Notes under the pieces: model-generated
What the model was told of the DNA's origin: nothing
Databases searched by the model: none
Seen by the model: only the letters and a program-made list of their open reading frames with translations
NCBI GenBank assembly: GCA_964016885.1
Contig: OZ024740.1
Span: forward strand, 87,854,001 to 87,918,000
Direction: 5' to 3'
Source: Eledone cirrhosa
Taxonomy: Eukaryota
DNA length: 64,000 bases
Translations under genes and position numbers: made by a program
In this document: one piece after another, positions 1 to 12,978 of the stretch
Layout of the letters: each line of letters starts with the position of its first letter
How positions within the stretch are numbered: position 1 is the first letter of the stretch

Positions 1-16
1 GGTTAATAAAGAAATC

Positions 17-56
17 ATTATTATTATTATTATTATTATTATTGTTATTGTTATTC
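17..56 (-). repeat. (AAT)n 3' tail / target microsatellite of the R4/Dong LINE
   Basis: attattatt... run about 70 nt beyond the ORF stop at 130 (minus strand); Dong-type elements are known to end in or target TAA repeats. Confidence 0.7.
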
Positions 57-129
57 CTTGAATCTCAGTCATTGATGTTGGTTAACTGGAAAGTCCGTTG
101 GATTGAATATCAAGCCACTACCTGCAGCC

Positions 130-3100
130 TCAGATATTCAGGACGTATCGGAGGGTTCTTGCCGTTCCAAGCAAGCATGCCTTTTGAAGCGTTCCAAAAA
201 GCGTGAAGGGGCCGATTTTCTTTAACCATCCCTGGAAACCTTTGGAGATAGTCCCCAGTGCGCCTATGACAATCGGGATCACTTTGACTTCATGGCAGTT
301 CCAAATCCTTTTCACCTCCCACTTTAGGTCCTGGTATCGGTTAATTTTCTCCCTCTCCTTCTCTTGCACTCTCGTGTCGAACGGGCAGGCCACATCCACA
401 ATCAGGCACGATCTTTTTTCTTTGTCCACAACCACCAGGTCAGGTCTATTGTGTTCCAGTTTTTTGTCCGTCTGTATCCTAAAATCCCACAGCACCTTCA
501 CCTGACTGTTCTCCATCACCGCCTCTGGCCTATGCTCATACCATTTCTCAGAATGTGGTAGATTGTTTACTTTGCACAGGTGCCAGTGGATCACCCTGCC
601 CATCACATCGTGTCTCCAGCCCTTATAGTGGGTCTGGGCTAGGTGTTTACACTCGGACACAATGTGAGCCACAGTCTCCTCTCTCTCTCCACAGATCCTG
701 CACAGTGGGCTAGCCTCCTCCTTGTAGATATGGTGCTTCAACCACTTCGTTTTGAGGGCCTGCTCCTGCGCAGCCATTAGCATTCCTTCTGTAGCCTTTT
801 TGAGGTCTCCTCTTCTCAACCAGTTCCATGTCTGTGGATCTCTAAATTCAGTTTTCTCAAAGAAGGTACTATGAAGGGATTTTCCCTTAAGGCTGCTCTT
901 CCTCCTTGATGTTATTTCCTCCTTGGGTATCCCCTGGCCTACTCTCCCCTCCTTCAGTACAGCTCTGAGCATTGGCTCCTTACTATAGGTCACGTATTTG
1001 TATAGGTTGTTTTTCTCCATCTGAACACAGTCCTCTATGCTGATAAGACCTCTTCCACCCTCAGATCTCCTTAGGTAGAGTCTATCGACATCACTCCTCT
1101 TGTGGAACATGTTGTAGATAGTCAATAGCTTCCTAGTCTTCCTATCCATTTCTTTTTGTTCAGCAACATTCCATCTCAGAATTCCCGCACTGTACCTAAT
1201 AATAGACACAGCTCGGGAATTTACTGCGCTTATGGCATTTCTGCTGTTCAGATGTGACTTCAATACGCTCCTTACTCTCCGAATGTATTCAGTTCTTAAC
1301 AATTCCTTCATTTTTTTGTTCTTTATGCCATCAGCCTCCAGAACGCCCAAATACTTGTATCCTTCCTCAGAGTCAATTTCCTTTATCATCTCACCTGTTG
1401 GTATCTGGATCCCGTTACTTCTGCTCAACCTACCCCTCCTCATCACAATGACTCCACATTTACCAATACCAAACTGCATACATATATCACTGCTGAAAAT
1501 ACGGACAGTGTCAACAAGCACATCCAACTCCTTCTCACTTTTCCCGAAGAGCTTAAGATCGTCCATGAAGAGGAGGTGATTGATGGTAAGCTCTCCCCTT
1601 CCCAACTTGTATCCTGCTCTCACTTTTCGCAGCATAATGGTCAAGGGCATCAGGGCAAGGACAAACAACAGAGGGGACAGGCTATCTCCCTGGAAGATAC
1701 CTCTCTTGATCTTCACGCTTCCCAAGGATACTCCAGTTGATGTCAACTCTGTCTCCCAGGACCCCATACTCCTGCCCAGCAACTCTCTGATGTTATCTGC
1801 CACCCTGAAGATCTCCAGGCTTTTGGTGATCCAGGAATGAGGCACCATGTCAAATGCCTTTCTGTAGTCTATCCATCCCATGGCAAGATCAGTGTGTCTC
1901 CTCCTGCAATTCCCCATTACCATCTTATCAATAAGCAACTGGTCCTTTGTACCACGTGACTTCTTTCGGCATCCTTTCTGTTCGTCCGGCAACAAGTTGT
2001 TTGTGTGGAGGTGATGGTAGATTTCCTCAGACACAATGCTCGTCAACAGTTTCCACATTACGGGCAGACATGTGATAGGTCTATAGTTGGTAACATCATT
2101 ACCCTTGATTCGGTCTTTCATTATCAGAACTGTGGTACCTTTTGTCAACCACTCTGGCACCTCACCCGACACCAAGCAGTCATTGAACATGGCCGTCAGC
2201 TTCGGGTGGAGGGATGTTAAATGTTTAATCCAATACCCCTGCACACCATCTGGGCCTGGTGATTTCCAGTTGGTTAGTTTTTTGGCTTGCCCCTTAAGAG
2301 TTTCAACTGTGATACTCAAATCAGTCTGTTGCTGTGCCTGCTCACCGATCTCCCTCTGTACTGTCTCAATCCACCCTGCCTGGGCATTGTGTCTAACATC
2401 CTGCTCCCATATTCCTCTCCAGAATGTTTTAGCTTGTTCCGCCCCAGGGATCAAGTCGGTGCCTCTTTCTTTCCCCTCAAGCTGTCCAAACAGCATCTTC
2501 TGGTTGTTGTCGAACATGCGGTTCTGTTTATACTGACTGACTCTGTTCTCGTATCGCCTGATTTTGGCACTCTTTGCTACAATGCGTTGCTTCAATTCCT
2601 CTATGATAATATTTAGCTTTTTACTCCTAGTTTTGTATTTTATTTCCAGTCTATTTTTAGTGCCTATGTTTTTTAGTGTCCCATTCAGTAGTGACTCAAG
2701 CTTTCCTATGTCATTTCTCATTTCCCCGATTTGCCCACTCAGTCGCTTCTTCCACCACGGCTCTGCTCTTTCTTGTCTGTTGTTTCCTCTCGCTTTTATA
2801 CCAAGTAGTTTCCTCACCGTATTTGCTGTTGCTTTGAGGATATTGTTGCACTGGTGAAGACTCCTCGCCTCAAGGTATGGGATGACTTTGTTTACCTTAG
2901 CTGTTGTTTCTTTTAACTTTTTCCTGTCTACAAATCTTAGGTTCATAGGTCTCCCACTATCATTGTTCAACTCATCTACCACTAAATTTAGGATGTCAAC
3001 CGAATCTTGTCCTAGCCCGTCAGCATTCATCTCCTCAGTGGCCGTATCTCTGTTCCAGGTATTATTTATCTCAGTATTCAGATCATTGTCTGCTTCGGGT

Positions 3101-3522
3101 GGTTCCTCCGCTCTCAGGACCTCCTCACCTTCATTTCCCGCCGGCTCGCTTGTCTGGCATACTACACCCGCCATCTCCTAGCCATTCTCTCTGCTCAGTT
3201 CCTCCAGTTCCAGCTCGCTTATCCACCCATTAGTTCTTATTACCCGAGCCTGCCCGGCCAATTTTTGTTCATCTAATTTAAATAAACCAATCTCGTTCCA
3301 GATGTTATGCATCCGTCTCCTGTAGCCCCTCTCCTTGGGGTTACTTTTCAGGTAGCATTGCATAACAGTTCTATTCAATTCTTTCGTCCAGTTGGTTCTG
3401 GCCCCTTTCCTTCTTCTTCTTCCTCCAACATCAGCAGTATTTCGTTGACAGTCAGGTTCCTGCTGCTGAGCCAGGGGGCACCTGTTGGGTGAGAGTCTGT
3501 CACATGACGTTCTAGTCTCCAT
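130..3522 (-). CDS. R4/Dong RT-RLE polyprotein interrupted by one in-frame TAG at 3178-3180
   Basis: RT motifs KSPGPDG, YRPITCL, DYRKAFD, FQGDSLSPLLF, LFMDDLKLF, YKYLG; CRICGEREETVAHIVSEC + RHD; RPDLVVVD...IVDVACP...EKEREKINRY. ORF 3178-3522 (NWTKELN...GYRRRMHNIW...EQKLAGQARVI) is in frame via GGC TAG GAG ATG. Confidence 0.9.
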
Positions 3523-4568
3523 TTCACCGTTATTCGAACTGTTTATGTTCGATATTTAAACACTCTTATCGAGGATTGGCGAATGTATGTTTACATAGCC
3601 ATCTGTGGATCCGCCATCCCACTTGGCCCTTGTGTGGCATTATCACCACGCTGTATACGGACACACATAAACAAACAAACACACGGGCAGAAAGGGCCCC
3701 AAAAATGAATAAGCATAAGTTTCATTGTAATGTAGTATTCGAATGTCTGACTTAGTTTTTGTTTTTTAAGTTTTACTTTTTCCCCCCTCTTCTCTGTCCG
3801 TCCGCCTGCCTCTCTCTTCATTCTTATTTTCTTTACGTTTTGGGGGTTTCTTTTTTTGTTTTTGTTTTTCTCTGTTTTTCTCGTTTTTTACTGTTGTTGC
3901 TGTGCTGCTTTTGTTGTTTATTTTTTCTTTTTTCTTTTGAGTCTATCTATATATTTTGATGCCTTCCTCTTTTTTAGCAGTAGGGATTCTATAATGTGGT
4001 GGCAGCAGCCAGCTAAAAGAAGAAGTGGGAGACTGGCGGCGGTAGCGATACTGAGACAGTGGTGGTGGTGATGTCGATACCGAGACAGTGGTGGCGGTGA
4101 TGTGACCGTATTACTGTAGCGATGGTGCTGTAGCGGTGGCAGCAGTGAAGGAGTGAAGGGGTGGTGGCGGCGGTGATGGGATAATGGTTGTAATGATGGC
4201 CGTAGTGATCGGTGGTGGTTTAGTGTACACAGGTGATAGGGTGGGTGGTGTATCTAGTTTCTGGTGTTGGTGAGTTTGGCTGTTCTATATAGTGTATACA
4301 GAGGAGGAGGGGGGGGGGGGGGGGTTCTTCTTCCATTTATAGCCATTTTCTTTTTTGGATATACAGTGTACAATACAAAGTTGAATATTTGAATATTTGA
4401 GCCTTATAACAATATATTTTGGGTCCGAATTTTTTGGGGCTCAAGCCGGGTGCTTTACGTAGCATTTGTACTAAGAGTTGTTATTTCACAAATGGTTTAA
4501 ATATGTTAAAAATTCAAAACTTACGGGAGCGATTTCATGACCTCCGTCACCTCGTGCGTCTTCTTCCC

Positions 4569-4619
<51 letters not shown>

Positions 4620-4929
4620 GCCCATTTATTCCTGGGAGGGTCGGGTCGTTGGGGCGAATATACATATATACATATGCACAGGTGCAACCAAATAAACATA
4701 CAGACAAAAACACACACATGGATACGAAAAGAAAGGAAACAGTAATTGAGGCAGGTGCCACTTACTTTCAGAATCTTTGCGTATAGGCGGAGTTCGAGAT
4801 TCGAGAATATTTGTGTTTAGATACGAAGGAAAACTGACTCAAACCATATAGTAGTGTTTGTTCATGTTATTTAAAGCTGGGGCCTCTTAATTCGTTACAC
4901 TGAATTGTGCCTTATTCAAATGCTCGAAA

Positions 4930-6060
4930 AAAGAAGCAATGGTACAATATATATATTAAAAAATATAAACGTATCAGAATATCATTAGTCAGTGCGGTTT
5001 AATTAGCCTCCAAAACCGTTAGAAATGTTATCAAGCACTTATCTATCCAATCGTTATACGCTGAACATATGCTACCTTTGTCTATTCACACATGGGCACA
5101 ATATATATTTCATGCATTCAGTATTGTATGAATAAACCACCAATAAACGAGGAAGATCGCTATTGTTGAAGCAACAGATTGTTTTTTTTTCAATATGTTA
5201 CCATTGTGTAGTATCTAAAATGTGAGAAATAAAGTAGTTTAACTATTCTAAATAGTTGACATTTGGGAATTCCTTTTTACATATTGTGGAAATGTATGCA
5301 AGAATTCACACATTACGATATTTTGTTCAAAATCGCCAAAAGATGCAATAGGATGTTATAATTCTCAGAGACAAAAATCACGACTTCTGAAGCCGGTAAT
5401 GTAGAGGGACCTATGCTTTATTCTAGAACACTGAAAATTATAATTACTAATACTGTTTGTGTGTCTCAATGTGTACTTATACTGCAAGAATATTTTAAAA
5501 GAGATTTACAGTAAACTTAATATAGCTTTTTGTTTTACTGTTCTTTGCAAGAGAGATATTGGCTCAATAAACTAATATTTTGGAACATAGTGTGGAAGGA
5601 ATAGTCGAATTAATATAATTACATATATGAGAAGAGTTTTAGCGTGTATATTCTGGCTTTGGAAACAGCGAAACTTTGCTCAATTGTAGTTCACCATAAC
5701 GTTATTTTTATTTAAAGATATGTTATCTACGATTTATGAGGTCATACTTATTTGAGAAGGCTAGAAAACGTCCGTCAACATTGCTAAGAACACTTAAACT
5801 ATACGAAATATTATACTATATGAAATTTTGTGTCCCAATTTTGAGTTTTTAGCATTAGGGCTTCTTGTATATAATGATTTTATCTTTTAAGTCATCGTCT
5901 TTTAATGCTTATAAAGCATCGTTGTGATAATGGACATCACGGTTAACAGATTCCGTAACAAAGGATACGCTAGATGCCAAAGACTTATTAAATTATGGTT
6001 GGAATTTATATACTGCTTTTTTTGTTAGTTTTACTATATGGTCTGAATTTATAAATCTAG
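4930..6060 (+). pseudogene. Possible highly decayed DNA-transposase (hAT-like) relic
   Basis: Coding-like composition broken by stops; only short fragments resemble hAT motifs (NIISQCG.., YATFVYSH); no TIRs identified. Confidence 0.25.
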
Positions 6061-6538
6061 GGTTGTATATTAAACATTAGTTATACTTACTCAATAACTA
6101 TTTTCGGTAAGAACAAATTCACCTACACAGATGTCAGAGACACTTTACCCAGTAAACTAAAATACAATGAAACCTCACATATTTATACCACAATGATGCC
6201 ATTAAAAAACTTCATGAAACAGAATACAACATTTATCACATCTAACCCATATTTAGAATACATTATAAAAGCACCAGAATGAAAAAAGAACCCATTAACA
6301 ACAAAAATAATAATGAAAATTAAATAAAAAGAAATAAAAACAAACAAACAAACGAATCTGCTAGCCACAAAACATCCATCAGCCAGCCAGTGTAGTATGC
6401 AAATTTCAGTGTAGATTTATAACTTCACGATTCAAACTGTTACATTGGACACACAAGTACGACACTTTCGCAACGGCTGACTATGCATTTACAAAAGGCA
6501 GCCATTGCAACGTATTATAATGCGACACACAAAATGAA

Positions 6539-6635
6539 ATTAGAAACACATTAGATGACAGCACTAACATCCTATATATATATATATATATATATATATA
6601 GGATGTTAGTGCTGTCATCTAATGTGTTTCTAATT
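6539..6635. repeat. Inverted repeat centred on a (TA)n tract
   Basis: aattagaaacacattagatgacagcactaacatcc-(TA)14-ggatgttagtgctgtcatctaatgtgtttctaatt, perfect ~35 bp arms. Confidence 0.95.
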
Positions 6636-6707
6636 AGTGCCATCATCTAATGTGGTTTTTCTGACATCAGATGTGAGAAAAACCACAGACCCTCCATCTC
6701 AACTCTA

Positions 6708-6743
6708 CTTTTGAAAAGCAGAAGAACTGCGAAACCGGTAAAG
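6708..6743 (+). ncRNA. Minimal type I hammerhead ribozyme, U3-A8 core variant (family G)
   Basis: ctt-TTGAAAA-gcag(aagaa)ctgc-GAAA-ccgg-TA|aag; palindromic ACCGGT stem III; stem I only 3 bp. Confidence 0.65.
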
Positions 6744-6873
6744 GAACCAAATAAATATATATATATTTTTTAAAATAAGACCCCAGTTGCATTTTCGATT
6801 TCATCTTTTTTCCTTATACTTTCACTCGTGTAGGACACCTCGGTTATTTTTCATTTTGTAAAAAAAACCTCAC

Positions 6874-7346
<473 letters not shown>

Positions 7347-7486
7347 TACAATAACAGAGATAGCTTTAAGCTAAACTCCGACTGGTAACCATCTCACTCA
7401 ACAAACATTAGGTTATACGTTAGTATAAACCCAATTTAAGTGTTTGGGCTGCTAACTATATGTATTTTGTGGAAAGCCAGTTGTAT

Positions 7487-7554
<68 letters not shown>

Positions 7555-8212
7555 CAGGTAACTATTATTTGTTACCCCGTATATATACATTAATATTTGT
7601 TCTATGGTTTTATATATTATCGTTATCGAGCCCTCTAACTGTTGAATAATTTTATGCCTGGTCTTACGGTTTAATGAGATGTAACAGGGTCTCTAAGATC
7701 CTTTGCGATACGTCACAAAGTACTTAAACATAAGGGCAATATTACCAAAATTTCATTAACATTCTGTGACAGAGATCTTGTTAATGGACATAGAAACAAT
7801 ATAATTCTAAAATATACATAAAGGACAAATAAGGAGACAAGAAAAATCGAACACAATCGTGTCTTTGATACAAAAGGCTTCAAAGAATAGCTGTTCATAC
7901 TTTACACAAATATGTATGTATGTATGTATGTACAAAATCTTATATGCAAGCGGATTAAAAAACTCATGCACACCTACGTCTTTACACATCTACAACCCCA
8001 CGCGCACACCGCCTCTTTTGCTCTCTCTCTCACACACAAACTCACACTTACCAGCAGCACAAAAGTGAGTTTATTAGGACGTTTAGTTCAATCAGTACTC
8101 AACTACAAAGGATAGCTGGTGAAGCAGTGTTTCTTCGCTTGTTTTACTGGGAACGAAAACGCGTTTTACATAATTCATGTCATGTTCATGCATGTAACCG
8201 CCAGCTATCCGT

Positions 8213-8314
<102 letters not shown>

Positions 8315-8566
8315 GCATGTATGTATACACAATATATAAATAGACATATATGTATAGGAATATATATTTAATATACCTTATATTTTGTCTTTCTTTCTTC
8401 CTTTCTCTCTCCTTCCATCTTCTCTCATTCTCTCTCCACCTGTTTATGTATATATATATATATATATATATATAACGAAGGAAATGTGGTAAGGAACCAG
8501 GTGGACCATAACGCACCAAAGTACTCAATACTTGAGGTAGTAGAGTGGGTAATAGGAACCAGTAAG

Positions 8567-8660
8567 ACCCCGACAGCTGAGCTCAAGCCGTTTCGACGAC
8601 TAATTCTGGACTAAATGAAAATTTATCCTGGTATTTAAATAGCCGATCTTCTCAAGGGGT
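8567..8660 (-). ncRNA. Type I hammerhead ribozyme (U3-A8) in PLE1 3' pLTR (family A)
   Basis: Minus strand: acccc-TTGAGAA-gatcggcta...tagtcgtc-GAAA-cggct(tgagctc)agctg-TC|ggggt. Confidence 0.8.
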
Positions 8661-9796
8661 AATTCCATATATGGTCAAAGTGATTGTCAAAAATCAGTAG
8701 TAATTCTGTGGTTGCAAATTAGTAGGGGAGATGGTGGCTAAACCTGCCAGTAGGAGAAAGAGGGGAGGGGGTGGAGTAGACCCAATCAAGCGTTTGTAGT
8801 GCCAGCTACAGCTGGGCATGAGGTCAAAGAAGATACAGGGGAGGGGGAGGGGGAGGAAGTCGGAACGGTAGGTAGAACAATGGGGGGTAGAAATATATAG
8901 GAAAGAAAAAATACTGAGAGTGAAGAAAAGCAAATAAGTGTAAAGAAAAACAAAAGAGTGTAAAGAAAAAAGTAAAGTAAATTAAATTCTACGACCTAGG
9001 TCTCTAGATATTGTTAGGCTAGAATAAATAAATAAATAAAGAAAGAAAGAAAGAAGTAAAGAAAGAAATAAAGAAATAACGAAATAAGTAAAAGAACTAG
9101 GTGGGACGGATTAGGCGAGGACCCTTTTAAGAGGTATAAGTACGTAAATGATACGGTGACGGGTCAACAAAAGGGGCCAAAATACTAAAGAGACTACCAC
9201 GAAATAAACAATAAAGGTTTCCATCCCGGGCACAATTCCAGCAACCACCCAGTGCAGCAAAGTGAACTAATACGAGATAATAATTCAGAGTCCCGAGAAA
9301 AATATATACTAAAGCTAACTCTAAAAGATCTAAAACAAGCTACATGAAAGTTCGTACGAAGTAAAGGTGGAAAAATAAATTCAGAATCCACCCCGCCCAA
9401 AAGAAAAGCGAAGAAAGAAATACTGAAACGAAAAAATAAGGCATAAGTGCCACTAAGAAATATAGAGGGCACAGAGAATAGTGGGAGCGGTCGGAAAAAG
9501 GGGACAAGTATCCGGGGTCTAAACCAACTGCTATAAAGGGCGGAGTCCGCCAAATCTATCCTAGACTAGGGGAGGGGGTGGGGGTACTAAAGCTACAAGG
9601 GGCCAAAGGGCAGCCTCGGGTGGGCGAGAAAAGACGCCGACAAAGGAGAAGAGCTGGGGTAGAAGGACTAAGGAGAGAGGGGGGAAGGAAGGAAATAAAG
9701 GAAGCGATAAAAGAATACAAAGAAGATCTTACGTCTCCCTTGGCAAGCAGGGGTTACCCATAGCAAAATCGGCAAGTGGGGTGTTATAGCCCTAGT

Positions 9797-11950
9797 CTAC
9801 CCCCCCGGGTCATTATGGGGTTTGAGGGCGAGGTAAGTCCTACGCAATCTATGTTTACATGCAGTAACCAGTTCATCTTTCTTGTTTAGGAGTTGGTCCG
9901 TCGAAAACAGCATTTGTAAAGTTTCCTCCGAGCATAAATTGCACGGACGGCGTCCTCCCGTGTAAGAATTGGCTCTGGACAGTAATCTCCAAGTGAGATC
10001 ATAGGTGATGTTGTTGTCCTTGAGGTCCCATATGTGGCCCGAAAGTGTAGTGGCGTGACGCCGGGCCGGGTTTCGGAAGGTATGTCTATGTTGGTATAGC
10101 CGGGTCTTGAAGTCACATGCGGTAAGTCCTATATAGGCTTTGTTGGAGGTATCCGTCCTCACGTTGCACTGGTAGATCACATTACGGTCTCTGCATCTAT
10201 TGTCGAGTGGGCAAATAGATCTATCCGGGCAGTTACACCTCCTGGTCGGTTCTCCACTGCTATTTAGGTTATTTCTGCCATCGGGGTTGAGTTTTTTGTT
10301 GTTAGAGGAGACGATGTTTTGTGCGAAATTTGGTGTAGTGCTGTAAGAGAGTATGATGGTATTTTTGTTAATTATGTTGTGGTAGCGGTGTTGTAATGGG
10401 AAGTGTTTTTCAATGAGCCTAAAGAATAGTTTCCCGATGGGAGTTGTCACCTCTGCGTTGTGGGGAGGATTGAACCATGTTACATTGCGTGAGCGGCGGT
10501 GTCTCCTGCTGGTTCCGCTAATGGGAGCTGGACAGTAGGATATTTCCTCCCGGAAACCACTCCGCTTGAGGGCCTGGTTGTAATAAGGCGCATGTTCATC
10601 GAATATCCGCTCATTAGCTGACAAACGGGATATGCGGAGGGAGATGTTTTTGACCAGGTTGTTTGTGATGTTCCTAGGATGGTTTGATCGGCGGTGGATG
10701 TAGTGCAGATTGTCATTAGGTTTCCTGTATGGGTAGTACAGGTCGTTTTCGAGGTCGAGGGTCACGTCCAGGAAGTTTACTCTGGTCAGGGACGTTTGTA
10801 GGGTTATTTTAAATCCCCAGTCGCGGAAGAATCTGATTAATTGTTTCCGGACCCGATCTGTACTACTGGGGTTGTACCCTTTAAGGGTAAGGAGCCCATC
10901 ATCACGGTACAATCCACCACCGAATGCAGGAAACATATCAGTGAGTTTGGCTATTAGGAATAATCCTATAAGATCTGTGACCTCCGCCGAATCCGTGGCG
11001 CCCATGCTGACGTCGAAGGGTGAATCGGGAGTTCTTTTTATCCATTTAGAGTCGTCAAAGAGTAAGACTGTCTTCCTGGCGTGGAGGATGATTTTTCTTT
11101 CCTGGTCGGTAATGGGCACAAGTGTTTCGGTGAAGTCCAAGGCGGCAGTAAGTAGCGGTAAGGTGATTGAAGCATAGTAGCTCTCTATGTCGAACTGTAT
11201 GAATTTAGTTTCTCGTTTATCCTCCATATTGCTGAACCAGGAGATTACTTCCTAGGTGTTGATCCATAGGCTAAGTCGGGTGTGTTGCTTGACTTTTGGT
11301 ATCACGCGGTCTAGGATTTTTTTGCTGATTCTCCCTATGTCGGACTTCGTTGGGTTAATAAGCCTGATAGAGGGTTTACGGTCAAAATCGGATTTATGGT
11401 CCTTCAGTGTGAAGTATGGTGTCCGTGGGTCTAGAGGTTCCGTGCGGTCGGCGACCCCGAGGCTGGAGGTAATTTGTTGTCCATCTCGATTTATGTCCTC
11501 GATGCAAGAGTGGTTGGCCTTTTTATAGGTGGAGTTTAGGCTGCTCCTGATCAGTGTGTGGTATCTGTCAGGGTTGACAAAGTATAGGTTCCCAGTTTTA
11601 TCCGAATGCCCCATGATGTCATTTGTGTTATCATACTCTGTTAGGTTGCTACGGAGTTTTTGTAGGAATCGGTTGTGTCTGGGTTTAAATTTAATGTTCT
11701 TGACCAGTTGGAAGAGGTCATTCTCGAAGGGTGCGAGCAAGGGGTTCAGGGGCGGAGATTTGTAGGTAATAAATCCGAATCTCTCCTTGGTGCCGAAGTC
11801 TTGGTTGTCGCAATATCTGTCATAGAAAAAAGTTCTCCATCTAAGTCTTTTCGCAAATAGATCGATTTTTTGCGTGAGCATCCGAAGGTAAAGTTTTTTC
11901 GGTGGGATTGGGATGTTCTTGGTAGAGAAGTCAATGTTGTGTTTTCGCAT
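9797..11950 (-). CDS. PLE1 reverse transcriptase + GIY-YIG endonuclease, one in-frame TAG at 11252-11254
   Basis: Likely start MRKHNIDFSTKNIPIP (aligns with PLE2 start); SDKTGN, FDIESYY, SMGATDS, LYRDDGL, FLDVTL, WFNPP, CNCPDRSICPLDNRC linker, NVIYQ...AYIGLT...FKTRLYQH; the two predicted ORFs join in frame (..WINT*EVISWFSNMEDK). Confidence 0.9.
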
Positions 11951-12135
11951 AGTGCGGGTGAAATGAATTGAGCTTAGCGGAAAAGTCTGGATACGGCGTG
12001 GTAGGGTTGGAAAGTGCTCTACTACGGGGGTAGGAGCTAGATAACGAAGGAAATGTGGTAAGGAACCAGGTGGACCATAACGCAACAAAGTACTCAATAC
12101 TTGAGGTAGTAGAGTGGGTAATAGGAACCAGTAAG

Positions 12136-12229
12136 ACCCCGACAGCTGAGCTCAAGCCGTTTCGACGGCTAATTCTGGACTAAATGAAAATTTATCCTGG
12201 TATTTAAATAGCCGATCTTCTCAAGGGGT
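12136..12229 (-). ncRNA. Type I hammerhead (family A) in PLE1 5' pLTR
   Basis: Same fold as 8567-8660, stem II gatcggcta/tagccgtc. Confidence 0.8.
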
Positions 12230-12609
12230 AATTCCATATATGGTCAAAGTGATTGTCAAAAATCAGTAGTAATTCTGTGGTCGCAAATTAGTAGGGGAGA
12301 TGGTGGCTAAACCTGCCAGTAGGAGAAAGAGGGGAGGGGGTGGAGTAGACCCAATCAAGCGTTTGTAGTGCCAGCTACAGCTGGGCATGAGGTCAAAGAA
12401 GATACAGGGGAGGGGGAGGGGGAGGAAGTCGGAACGGTAGGTAGAACAATGGGGGGTAGAAATATAGCTGGCACTACAAACGCTTGATTGGGTCTACTCC
12501 ACCCCCCCTCTTTCTCCTACTGGCAGGTTTAGCCACCATCTCCCCTACTAATTTGCAACCACAGAATTACTACTGATTTTTGACAATCACTTTGACCATA
12601 TATGGAATT

Positions 12610-12703
12610 ACCCCTTGAGAAGATCGGCTATTTAAATACCAGGATAAATTTTCATTTAGTCCAGAATTAGCCGTCGAAACGGCTTGAGCTCAGCTGTCGG
12701 GGT
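12610..12703 (+). ncRNA. Type I hammerhead (family A) in the inverted pLTR
   Basis: acccc TTGAGAA gatcggcta..tagccgtc GAAA cggcttgagctcagctg TC|ggggt; predicted cleavage after 12698. Confidence 0.8.
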
Positions 12704-12898
12704 CTTACTGGTTCCTATATATATATATATATATATATATATAAGTATCTTAAAGAGGTAATTCTGTTGTATGAGAATCTCCAAAGAATCGAAACAGAAT
12801 TAAATTTGGAAATTTCCCTTCTAATGAAGAATATAACTTTGGTATCTGAAAGCATTGTACGTAAAAACTCACAGGAATACACAGACACGGACGCACAT

Positions 12899-12978
<80 letters not shown>

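Larger units (their letters stand above)
17..3650 (-). mobile_element. R4/Dong-clade non-LTR retrotransposon with restriction-like endonuclease, near full length
   Basis: Single ORF with RT, CCHC knuckle and PD-(D/E)xK nuclease, short 3' UTR and (AAT)n tail; 5' boundary approximate. Confidence 0.88.
8472..12718 (-). mobile_element. Penelope-like element PLE1, full length, with direct pLTRs plus an inverted partial pLTR, inserted in (TA)n
   Basis: Near-identical 426 bp direct repeats 8472-8897 and 12041-12466; inverted copy 12465-12718; RT + GIY-YIG ORF between; (TA)n on both sides. Confidence 0.93.

Noticed and set aside
203-3181. Plus-strand ORFs overlapping the Dong ORF (likewise antisense ORFs over the PLEs and RTE)
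   Set aside because: Antisense shadows of the retroelement reading frames; no motifs
3595-3645. HDV-like ribozyme at the Dong 5' end (gcca-tcccact-tggc hairpin)
   Set aside because: Motif is antisense to the element and no P1/P2 partner strands could be found
8110-8210. Hammerhead-like CTGGTGA..GAAAacgcgtTT
   Set aside because: Core altered and stem I does not pair
11951-12097. N-terminal extension MSTLLRYGPP.. of the PLE1 ORF
   Set aside because: Non-ATG start inside the pLTR; homology with PLE2 begins at the ATG at 11950
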